From positions 8,759 through 72,758 of the forward strand of contig CACJRM010000002.1 of assembly GCA_902595805.1 (NCBI GenBank): a stretch of DNA of 64,000 bases, given 5' to 3'. The translations under genes were made by a program, and so were the position numbers. This document shows, piece after piece, positions 56,518-64,000 of the stretch. Below the pieces are notes generated by a model, which worked only from the letters and a program-made list of their open reading frames with translations, searched no databases and was not told the origin of the DNA. The DNA is from an uncultured Alphaproteobacteria bacterium. Its GTDB lineage: Bacteria > Pseudomonadota > Alphaproteobacteria > HIMB59 > GCA-002718135. Position 1 is the first letter of the stretch. Every line of letters begins with the position of its first letter.

Positions 56518-57441
56518 TTATTTACCCCAATTCATTGAAACTAAATCATATTTTTTTGCAATTGATATAAGGAGATTTTTAGTATGATCATCTAAAATTT
56601 TTATAGGATGTCTACAAAACGCTGATTTAATTACACCACCCTCTTTCATAGCAATTTTTGTTGCTTGAAATCCGCATTGCTTGTGTTCAAAATTAATTAA
56701 AGGTAAAATATTATTATATTTTTCGACGGCACTATCAATTTTTCCATCTAAAAAGTCCATTACAACAGGCCTAATTTTATCAGGTAAAAGAGCTGAACTC
56801 ATAGAGCCACTTATGCCTGCATAAAGATTACTGAGCACTGATATCGATTCTAAACCGTCCATCGGTCCTTGAATTTTACCATCACAATTTTTAATTAACT
56901 GCTTTATCTTAGCAGAAGGTTGTGCGCTTTCAATTTTAAAGCAGTTTACATATTCAAAGTCTGATATGAGTTTTGTTAAAAAAGGCACGGATGCATCAAT
57001 CCCACTAACTTCAGGTGCATCTTGATACATAATATCTATTCCTAATGAATTTAAAACTTCAAATTGTTTATATATTTGTTCTTCATTACCTTTTATATTT
57101 GGTCCATAAAAAGGGGGCATAGACATTAGAATGTCAGTTCCCTCAGATTTAGCTAAATTTGCCCTTGCAAGAGCAATATCAGTTGAAAAATGAGAAATAG
57201 TAGTAATTGTTTTGACCCTACCATCAATTTTTCTTAAACAATGTTTAGTTAATTTTTCTCTTTCATCATCTGAGAGTAAAAATTGTTCTGAATAATTTGC
57301 AAGTATACAAATTCCATCAGCTTGTTGATCGATCATACATTCTAGAATATTAGACATAGAATCGTAATCAACTTCACCATTATCATGAAATGGCGTGGGA
57401 GCTACAGGCCACATTCCAAAATATTTATATTTAGATTTCAT
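56518..57441 (-). CDS. dihydrodipicolinate synthase (DapA)-family lyase
   Basis: Length and pattern (VAPTPFHDNGEVDYDS..., GICILANYSEQFLLSDDER) fit class I aldolase/DapA-family enzymes. Confidence 0.7.
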   Translation of the reverse strand: MKSKYKYFGMWPVAPTPFHDNGEVDYDSMSNILECMIDQQADGICILANYSEQFLLSDDEREKLTKHCLRKIDGRVKTITTISHFSTDIALARANLAKSEGTDILMSMPPFYGPNIKGNEEQIYKQFEVLNSLGIDIMYQDAPEVSGIDASVPFLTKLISDFEYVNCFKIESAQPSAKIKQLIKNCDGKIQGPMDGLESISVLSNLYAGISGSMSSALLPDKIRPVVMDFLDGKIDSAVEKYNNILPLINFEHKQCGFQATKIAMKEGGVIKSAFCRHPIKILDDHTKNLLISIAKKYDLVSMNWGK

Positions 57442-57457
57442 ATTTTAATTATATAAA

Positions 57458-58348
57458 TTAGTTTTTAAGCAGAATTGAATTTTTTGCTACATCTTTTTTC
57501 AAGTAGTTTTCTCTGTAAGTTATAATCAGTACAGAAATAAATACTAGTGTTCCACCAATGTAAGTAAAATAATTTAAACTCTCCTCTGCGAAAAGAAAAA
57601 ACGAAAAAAAAGTTGCCCATAATAGTTGAGTAAACCATATGGGTTGTAAAACACTCAATGGAGCATTTTTATAAGAAAAATTAATTGCTAGATGAAGGAC
57701 AGTTCCTACTATAGCTGCCATAAAAGTATAAAAAACTGATAAAATTGTAATATTAGACCAATAAATAACTGCAAATGGTAGTGTAAACAAAGATACAAGT
57801 GTATATTGATATGTAATAATAGTCATTGCTGAGTCAGATTTTGACATATATTTGGTAATTAATACTATTGTAGACCAAAGTAAGGTTGAGGCTAAAACCA
57901 TGTAAGCACCTATACTAACATCAATAATGCCTGGTCTAAGTATTATCATTACACCAACAAAACCTAGTAATAAGGAAAATGTTCTGATTAAATAAATTCG
58001 CTCATTTAAAAAAATAACACTCAATACAACGACAAAAATTGGACTTAAAAAACCTATAGCTTTAATTTGCTCAAGTGGAATATACATAAGAGCAGAGAAA
58101 CCTAATATCATCATAGGGACATTAATGATACATCGTGTAATATGAAATTTTAGGTTATTAGTCTTATATATTTTAAATTTTGATTTAAAAATAAAAGGTA
58201 AGATTAATATAAAGCCAAAAAAAAACCTCATAAATCCAACTGTATATACATTTGAGTCTTCTTGTGCATACTTGAGAAAAACACTCATAAGTACAGCACA
58301 AAAAGAAGATAATAATGCAAGGAATATTCCTTTAACATTATTAGTCAT
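57458..58348 (-). CDS. EamA/DMT-family transporter
   Basis: Ten TM segments in two EamA halves. Confidence 0.8.
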   Translation of the reverse strand: MTNNVKGIFLALLSSFCAVLMSVFLKYAQEDSNVYTVGFMRFFFGFILILPFIFKSKFKIYKTNNLKFHITRCIINVPMMILGFSALMYIPLEQIKAIGFLSPIFVVVLSVIFLNERIYLIRTFSLLLGFVGVMIILRPGIIDVSIGAYMVLASTLLWSTIVLITKYMSKSDSAMTIITYQYTLVSLFTLPFAVIYWSNITILSVFYTFMAAIVGTVLHLAINFSYKNAPLSVLQPIWFTQLLWATFFSFFLFAEESLNYFTYIGGTLVFISVLIITYRENYLKKDVAKNSILLKN

Positions 58349-58357
58349 AGAAGTTAT

Positions 58358-59485
58358 TTATAAAAAAGGTAATGAGCAAACCTCCCCTTTATATTTTTGA
58401 TCATTAACAATAATTTCAAACTCTTGACCAACATTAAAATAACCATTTTGCATCATTGCAATTCCTATAACCTGCTTATACTTAGGATTAGGACTAAAAA
58501 CTGCAGATCTTAGTTCCCCAATTATAATATCATTTAGATAAATATTAATTTCAGAATCAACCTCTATTTGTTTTAGATCTTTAATTTTAACACCCATTAA
58601 TTTTTTTTTAACTCCCTCATTCCTTTGCTTTTTTAATATTTCTTTGCCTAGAAAATTAGCATCTGAGTCTAAATTGCAAAATTTATCTAAACCCACTTCA
58701 AGGGGTGAATCAAATATATCCATATCATTGCCATATGATAATAATCCACCTTCTATTCTTTCAATTAAATTGGGGTATCCAGGTTTAATATTTAGATCTT
58801 TACCAATTTCAAATAAATAATCATATAATTCTAAACCTTCTTTATGTTGATCAGGTGATATCCAGACTTCATTACCAGTCATTTTTGTCCATCCTAATCT
58901 GCCAACTAAAAAAGAATTATTGTTAAAATCAAAATAATCATAATTATAAAATTTTTGATCCATTATTTTATCTCCAAATACTCTACGAGATAATTCAAAA
59001 CTATTTTTTCCTTGAATAGCCATAATTTGATATTTTGTTCTTTCAATATTAACTTCTAAACCCATTCCTGTAGCTAAGCCTGATGCAAATAAATCGACAG
59101 CACTATCAGCAATTGAAACAAGCCATTCATCTTCTTTTAAGCGGAGAACAACAGGGTCATTTAACAGATTGCCTTCTTCATTCGTAAATGGGCAATAATA
59201 ACATTTTCCAAAAATAGCATTTGTTAAATCTCTAGGTGTTAACAATTGAACTAATTTTTTTGAATCTTTTCCGGTAAACCGAATAACTACTTGGCCTGCT
59301 ACATCGAATATTTGAACACCATCTCCTGTTAAATGGAAATAATCTTCCTCCAAACTATCTTTGAAAGCTGTAGGAAGTAAAGTTTGGGCGTAGACTGTAT
59401 ATCCAGACAAGCCTTGCTCTTCCAGTCTATCTGTAAATATTGTTTTTTTAATTCGCCTTGATTTAGATAAAATTGGTTTATTCAT
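58358..59485 (-). CDS. GcvT-family aminomethyltransferase, DmdA (DMSP demethylase)-like
   Basis: GcvT-fold pattern. It strongly resembles my memory of Pelagibacter DmdA (KCYYCPFTNEEGNLLNDPVVLRL, PNLIERIEGGLLSYGND, GELRSAVFSP..QVIGIAM, C-terminal CSLPFL). Substrate cannot be assigned from sequence. Confidence 0.7.
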   Translation of the reverse strand: MNKPILSKSRRIKKTIFTDRLEEQGLSGYTVYAQTLLPTAFKDSLEEDYFHLTGDGVQIFDVAGQVVIRFTGKDSKKLVQLLTPRDLTNAIFGKCYYCPFTNEEGNLLNDPVVLRLKEDEWLVSIADSAVDLFASGLATGMGLEVNIERTKYQIMAIQGKNSFELSRRVFGDKIMDQKFYNYDYFDFNNNSFLVGRLGWTKMTGNEVWISPDQHKEGLELYDYLFEIGKDLNIKPGYPNLIERIEGGLLSYGNDMDIFDSPLEVGLDKFCNLDSDANFLGKEILKKQRNEGVKKKLMGVKIKDLKQIEVDSEINIYLNDIIIGELRSAVFSPNPKYKQVIGIAMMQNGYFNVGQEFEIIVNDQKYKGEVCSLPFL

Positions 59486-59544
59486 TTTCTTTGCGCTATA
59501 AATATTTGGTTAATATATGTCAAACATTCAAATAAAACATAACT

Positions 59545-59709
59545 TTAAAAATTAAAAAAATAATAAATTGAAAAAATAGCTAATATTATTGCAATCCATA
59601 TTGAAAGATTTGTAAAAAAAGTTTTTAGACTATTATTAGTGTTCATAAAAGCTGGTAAAATTAAAAGAAAAACTCCAATCATATAAATAATTGGAACAAT
59701 TTGATCCAT
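59545..59709 (-). CDS. small 2-TM membrane protein (54 aa, below ORF-track cutoff)
   Basis: Translation MDQIVPIIYMIGVFLLILPAFMNTNNSLKTFFTNLSIWIAIILAIFSIYYFFNF. It starts 3 nt after the upstream stop. Confidence 0.3.
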   Translation of the reverse strand: MDQIVPIIYMIGVFLLILPAFMNTNNSLKTFFTNLSIWIAIILAIFSIYYFFNF

Positions 59710-59712
59710 TTA

Positions 59713-60573
59713 TTAGTATTTATCCTTATCGATTAATTCACTAACTAGATAATTACCATATCCTTTTTTAGATGCATCACTGTAAAATGATTTTGCTATT
59801 TTTATAAGTTTATTTGCATTAGGCAAATCAGAGACAAGATCATTAATATAATGAAGGTCTTTATATGTATTATCAACTGAAAACACATAGCCTTTATAAT
59901 TTCCTTTTATTGCCTTACCAGCAATTCGATCTAATGCTCCAGAATTTCCAGATCCAAGTTTTGCTACTTCACATAATAGCTTTATATCAACATTTAATTT
60001 TTTTGCAGATTTAAAAAATTCTATAACACTAGTTGTAGTAAGCAAAGACAAGAAATTGGATAATAGTTTAGCTGATGATGCTTTGGTAACATCACCAAAA
60101 TTAAAGACTGACTTACAAAATGAATTAAGGTACTTTTTGCATTTTATAAAATTACTTTTTTTACCTCCATAAATACCACCCAATATACCTTTTTCACTTT
60201 GAACTGGACCGCCCATAACTCCACAAAAATTATAATCGATATTTTTAGATTTAAAAATTTTATTCATTTGTGATGCACCTTTTTTATGGTGCGTGGTAAG
60301 ATCAATAATAATTGTTTTTTTATTTATGAAATTCTTAATTTCGTCAGCTACCTTGAGTGCAATCGGGGTATTAGTTACACAAAGCATTAAACAATTTAAA
60401 TTATTATTTTTTAATTCTTTATAAGACTTTAATTCTATTGCTCCTAATTTTACTAATTTATTTATTGGTTTTCTATTTTTATGAGCAAAAATAAAAACAT
60501 TGTGTTTTTTTAATAAGTTTTTAACCATTCCATAGCCCATATATCCCACACCAATAAAGCCCACATTAGTCAT
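59713..60573 (-). CDS. NAD(P)-dependent oxidoreductase (3-hydroxyisobutyrate / 6-phosphogluconate dehydrogenase family)
   Basis: Rossmann motif VGFIGVGYMGYGMVKNL. Length fits the beta-hydroxyacid dehydrogenase family. Confidence 0.75.
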   Translation of the reverse strand: MTNVGFIGVGYMGYGMVKNLLKKHNVFIFAHKNRKPINKLVKLGAIELKSYKELKNNNLNCLMLCVTNTPIALKVADEIKNFINKKTIIIDLTTHHKKGASQMNKIFKSKNIDYNFCGVMGGPVQSEKGILGGIYGGKKSNFIKCKKYLNSFCKSVFNFGDVTKASSAKLLSNFLSLLTTTSVIEFFKSAKKLNVDIKLLCEVAKLGSGNSGALDRIAGKAIKGNYKGYVFSVDNTYKDLHYINDLVSDLPNANKLIKIAKSFYSDASKKGYGNYLVSELIDKDKY

Positions 60574-60618
60574 TAAAATAACTATAAATAAAATATCTAA
60601 TTTTTAAAGATTTTTATA

Positions 60619-61782
60619 TTAAATTGATTTTTTGGATGCGCGAAAAGAAACTAATGCAACAATTATCAAAAGTGGAATACAAAGTATATTTAGTATTTTC
60701 CAGTTAGAATAATATAAAAGAAAACCAGCAGATAAAGCTCCTATACCTTGTGTAGAAAAAACAATAAAATCATTTAAACCTTGTGCGGTAAACTTATCTT
60801 TTTCTTCGTAAGAAACAACTAACAAACTAGATCCAGAAACAAATAAAAAATTCCAACCTATGCCGAGTAATATCAAACCTACCAAATATGAATAGTAAAA
60901 ATCAAATGATGTGTTAATAATTATACTCATAAATAAAATAATTACACCAGAATAAATTATATTAGTATTTCCAAATTTTTTTACTAGATCTCCAGAAAAT
61001 AATGAAGGTAGGAACATTCCTATAACATGAAATTGTATAACTAAACTTGTTTGAAATAAAGTAAAGTTGTTCACTAAATGCATATGTAATGGTGTTGCAG
61101 TCATGATAATTGCCATTATAAAATATCCAAATCCTGCACTAATAATAGCTTGTAGAATTTTTATATTTTTTATTAGAGAAACAATAGTTTTGAACTGAAA
61201 TTTACTTTTATTTTTAGTATTTACATTTTCATCATAAAATAAAAGAATAAAAATTGGAATTACAGCTGTTATAGATAAAAAAATATAACTTCCAAGAAAT
61301 AAATAATTTGGAAAATAATCTTTAAAGTATTCAGAAAAATTAGTAGACAATAAAGCTGATATAATTCCTAACAATAAAATTATAGATATAGACCTTGGTA
61401 TATATTCATTAGAAACTGACTCTGATGCCGCAAACCTATATTGATTACTAAATGCTTGAGAAGATCCAATTAAAAAATTTCCTAAAGCAAAAATAATAAA
61501 GTCCTGATTATATATTGATAATGAACATAATAATAATGCGAAAGTACTTAGAAAAGAAGAAAATATAAAACCTTTTTTCCTGCCCCAAATACTCATTAAT
61601 TTTGATGCAATTGGTGCAGACAATGCTATACCAATAATCATTAAAGTCATTGGCAAAGTTGCTAATGAGTCTTTTAACATTATTTTTGAAGTTATAATTC
61701 CTCCTAATAAAACAACTATCATTGGTGGAAAAGCTGCAATCATAGAAGATAGGCAAATAATGATAAAATTTTTGTTAAACAT
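60619..61782 (-). CDS. MFS transporter
   Basis: Twelve hydrophobic segments and the MFS loop motif WGRKKG. Confidence 0.8.
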   Translation of the reverse strand: MFNKNFIIICLSSMIAAFPPMIVVLLGGIITSKIMLKDSLATLPMTLMIIGIALSAPIASKLMSIWGRKKGFIFSSFLSTFALLLCSLSIYNQDFIIFALGNFLIGSSQAFSNQYRFAASESVSNEYIPRSISIILLLGIISALLSTNFSEYFKDYFPNYLFLGSYIFLSITAVIPIFILLFYDENVNTKNKSKFQFKTIVSLIKNIKILQAIISAGFGYFIMAIIMTATPLHMHLVNNFTLFQTSLVIQFHVIGMFLPSLFSGDLVKKFGNTNIIYSGVIILFMSIIINTSFDFYYSYLVGLILLGIGWNFLFVSGSSLLVVSYEEKDKFTAQGLNDFIVFSTQGIGALSAGFLLYYSNWKILNILCIPLLIIVALVSFRASKKSI

Positions 61783-61898
61783 AATTAAATTGACTTATAT
61801 TTCGTTATATTAATTTAAATATAAGTCACTCTTTTGTTTTCATTTTTATATTTTTATTATTTAGTAGATCAATAATAACTATTACGATAAAAATAATA

Positions 61899-62789
61899 AT
61901 GGTTTCAAGTCATGATTTTCTTAAAGATAAAAGAAATAATAATATAAAAATTTATATAAATGGTAAATTTTATAAAAGAAAAGATGCTAAAATATCAGTT
62001 TTTGATTCATCAGTTCTTCTTGGAGATGGAGTCTGGGACTCATTAAGGTATCATAATAATAATTTTGTTTTTCTTAAGGATCATTTAAATAGATTGTATA
62101 AAGATGCTAAACTAATCAACTTAAAAATTCATTTATCACGTAAAAAACTTACTGAAGCCTTAAAGAATACAATTAAAATTAATAAAATGAAAACAGATGT
62201 TCATTTAAGAATAATTATTTCTAGAGGTATTAAATCTACTCCTTATCAATCTCCAAGAGTAACAATTTCTAACCCTACAGTAATAATTATTCCAGAATAT
62301 AAAAAGCCTGATACAAGAGCTTATAAAAAGGGATTAAAATTAGTTACAGTAAATACAATAAGAGGTCCTATTAATGTTCAAAATCCACAAATAAATTCAC
62401 TTAGTAAACTAAATTGTATTCTCGCTTGTATTGAGGCTAATAAAAAAAATGCAGATGAGGCTCTAATGTTTGATATTAACGGAAATATAGCTACAAATAA
62501 TAGTACACATTTCTTCTTTGTAAAAGATAACACGGTTTTTACCTCAACTGGTAAATATTGTGTAACAGGAATTACTAGAAAAAAAATTATAGAATTATGT
62601 AAAAAAAATAAAATCAAAGTAAAAGAAAAGAACTTTAAATTAAAAGAAGTATTAAATGCTGATGAAGCATTTGTAACCGGTTCATTTGCAGGTATTGTAC
62701 CCGTTAATGCAATAAATAAAATAAAATTCAGTCTAAAAAATAATCCAGTTACAATAAAATTATCAAATTTTTATAATAATTTATTTTAA
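61899..62789 (+). CDS. class IV aminotransferase (branched-chain / D-amino acid aminotransferase family)
   Basis: VFDSSVLLGDGVWDSLRYHNN, ISRG, EALMFDINGNIATNNSTHFFFV and FVTGSFAGIVPV patterns. Confidence 0.8.
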   Translation: MVSSHDFLKDKRNNNIKIYINGKFYKRKDAKISVFDSSVLLGDGVWDSLRYHNNNFVFLKDHLNRLYKDAKLINLKIHLSRKKLTEALKNTIKINKMKTDVHLRIIISRGIKSTPYQSPRVTISNPTVIIIPEYKKPDTRAYKKGLKLVTVNTIRGPINVQNPQINSLSKLNCILACIEANKKNADEALMFDINGNIATNNSTHFFFVKDNTVFTSTGKYCVTGITRKKIIELCKKNKIKVKEKNFKLKEVLNADEAFVTGSFAGIVPVNAINKIKFSLKNNPVTIKLSNFYNNLF

Positions 62790-63503
62790 ATGATTAATAT
62801 ATTCATGTGGTCGGGTCCTAGAAATATCAGTACTGCATTAATGAGATCGTTCGAAAATAGGACTGATACAAAAGTTTATGATGAGCCTTTTTATGCATAC
62901 TACCTAAAACATACTAATTTAAATCATCCTATGAAAGAAGAAATTATAAATACTTACCCATTTAATGAAAAAGAAATTATAAATTTAATTACAAAAAATG
63001 ATGATAATTATAAAATATTTTATCAAAAACATATGACTCATCACATTTTAGATGAAACAAATTTAGAGTGGATAAATAAAGGTTTAAATTGTTTTTTAAT
63101 TCGCGATCCAGCAAAAGTAATTGTTTCATACATAAAAAAAAATACTTTAAGATCAATAAAAGATGTTGGATTTGAAAAACTTTATCAAATTTTTAAATTA
63201 TTAAATTCAAAAAAACCAATTGTAATTAATTCAGATTATTTATTGGAAAATCCAGAAAAATATTTAAAAATTTTATGTAAAAAATTAAATTTAAACTTTG
63301 ATGAAAAAATGCTCAACTGGCCAACAGGTTATAGAGATACTGATGGAATTTGGTCTAAAGTTTGGTATCAGGATGTGATTTCAACATCAACATTTAATAC
63401 TAATAGTAAAAAAGATTACAATGTACCTAAAGATTTTATAAATATTTATAAAGAATGCCTAGAGATCTATGAAGAAATAAATGAATATTCAATTCAAATA
63501 TGA
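62790..63503 (+). CDS. sulfotransferase-like P-loop protein
   Basis: N-terminal WSGPRNISTALMRSF resembles the PAPS-binding loop of sulfotransferase-family proteins. Weak call. Confidence 0.45.
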   Translation: MINIFMWSGPRNISTALMRSFENRTDTKVYDEPFYAYYLKHTNLNHPMKEEIINTYPFNEKEIINLITKNDDNYKIFYQKHMTHHILDETNLEWINKGLNCFLIRDPAKVIVSYIKKNTLRSIKDVGFEKLYQIFKLLNSKKPIVINSDYLLENPEKYLKILCKKLNLNFDEKMLNWPTGYRDTDGIWSKVWYQDVISTSTFNTNSKKDYNVPKDFINIYKECLEIYEEINEYSIQI

Positions 63504-64000
63504 TCAAAGAAAATATTCAAGAAGCATCAAAAATTTTATTTGAACATAGGTTAAATAAAACAGGATTAAGTTCGTTAAAACATTTAGAACCAAAAACAAT
63601 TAATGATGCTTATGAAATACAAGAAAATCTTAAACTAAGATATTTAGAATTAAAAGATAATTTCTGTATTGGAAAAAAGGTTGGATGCACATCTCTAGCT
63701 GCTCAGAAACAGATGAATATAAAAGAGCCTTTCTATGGAAATCTATTTAACCGATACAGTTCAAAAAATATTCAATTATTAAATTCTAAAAATTTCTCTG
63801 AACCATATGTTGAGCCAGAAATTAGTTTCAGAATAAAAGATGATATAAATATTTCTAAAGCACCTTTCAAATTTAAAGACTTAGATTATTTGTTAGATGG
63901 TTTATTTTGTTCAGTTGAAATTGTTGATTTTAGATTTAGAAAACCATTATCAGAGATTGGCGCCTTAAATGTAATATCAACTAATGGAGCCTCAGAATTT
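63500..64000 (+). CDS. 2-keto-4-pentenoate hydratase / fumarylacetoacetate hydrolase-family protein (3'-truncated by window edge)
   Basis: ATG at 63500 overlaps the upstream TGA. INDAYEIQENL...GKKVGCTSLAAQKQMNIKEPFYGNLF...VEPEISFRI matches the MhpD-like pattern. The ORF is open to the window end. Confidence 0.6.
   Translation, partial: MIKENIQEASKILFEHRLNKTGLSSLKHLEPKTINDAYEIQENLKLRYLELKDNFCIGKKVGCTSLAAQKQMNIKEPFYGNLFNRYSSKNIQLLNSKNFSEPYVEPEISFRIKDDINISKAPFKFKDLDYLLDGLFCSVEIVDFRFRKPLSEIGALNVISTNGASEF

Noticed and set aside
332-62617. About 33 short ORFs in the supplied track (61-112 aa) that lie antisense to, or out of frame within, longer well-supported genes. Examples are 332-577, 602-940, 2073-2276, 7403-7615, 10295-10564, 10655-10888, 11853-12123, 14503-14814, 15731-15994, 16298-16516, 18223-18483, 20026-20467, 21778-22053, 28208-28783, 29355-29561, 31112-31321, 33144-33335, 35278-36054, 39817-40005, 42796-43245, 45009-45248, 46011-46193, 46739-46933, 53403-53609, 61508-61756 and 62378-62617.
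   Set aside because: Each is fully overlapped by a longer ORF with recognisable family motifs or a coherent operon context. Their translations are low-complexity (F/I/L/K/N-rich), as expected from reading AT-rich coding DNA in the wrong frame.
1-64000. Search by eye for rRNA, tRNA, CRISPR arrays, IS elements with terminal inverted repeats, reverse transcriptase/retron genes and toxin-antitoxin pairs.
   Set aside because: No intergenic region is long or GC-rich enough to hold a tRNA or rRNA. I saw no regularly spaced short repeats and no transposase or RT motifs. This is a manual scan and could miss degenerate elements.

Overview
All family assignments below come from reading motifs in the supplied translations. 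No BLAST or HMM search, composition statistic or repeat finder was run. The window is very AT-rich and gene-dense, with many 1-17 nt start/stop overlaps. This style, plus a DmdA-like GcvT-family gene, suggests a streamlined marine alphaproteobacterium of the Pelagibacterales/SAR11 type; that is inference, not proof. I found no rRNA, tRNA or CRISPR array. The window has three parts. (1) 1-22.3 kb looks like core genome. It holds an FGGY sugar kinase with a sugar ABC importer that has no ATPase gene in the locus, a complete urease operon ureDABCEFG, a bactofilin, a NaChBac-like 6TM channel with an unusual selectivity filter, an AlkB-like membrane hydroxylase, EamA transporters, a MacAB-like tripartite ABC exporter, a rhodanese and a 2OG-Fe(II) oxygenase. 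(2) About 22.3-48.4 kb is an accessory, defence-type island that ends in two tandem tyrosine recombinases. It contains, in order: orphan secreted and membrane proteins flanked by a ~50-bp direct repeat; a tightly coupled minus-strand operon (DUF6569-like protein, DUF2130 coiled-coil/PD-(D/E)xK protein, several tiny TM proteins, two unknowns); a divergent DUF3696-type ABC/AAA ATPase with an unrecognisable 381-aa partner; an RpoH-like sigma factor; an eight-gene translationally coupled operon (TerB-like, GHKL/MORC-like ATPase, Z1 SF2 ATPase, DUF4420 PD-(D/E)XK protein, AIPR, Vsr, EcoRII-C-like endonuclease, Dcm m5C methyltransferase); small zinc-ribbon genes; and a Sir2 deacylase. (3) 48.4-64 kb holds a cyclic-nucleotide and ion-channel cluster (two class III cyclases, a Kv-like K+ channel, an MscS channel with a cNMP-binding domain, YqhA). 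It also holds a catabolic cluster (DapA-family lyase, EamA, DmdA-like aminomethyltransferase, dehydrogenase, MFS, class IV aminotransferase, sulfotransferase-like protein, partial hydratase). The best candidates for an undescribed system are the eight-gene operon, the minus-strand DUF6569/DUF2130 operon and the ATPase pair.
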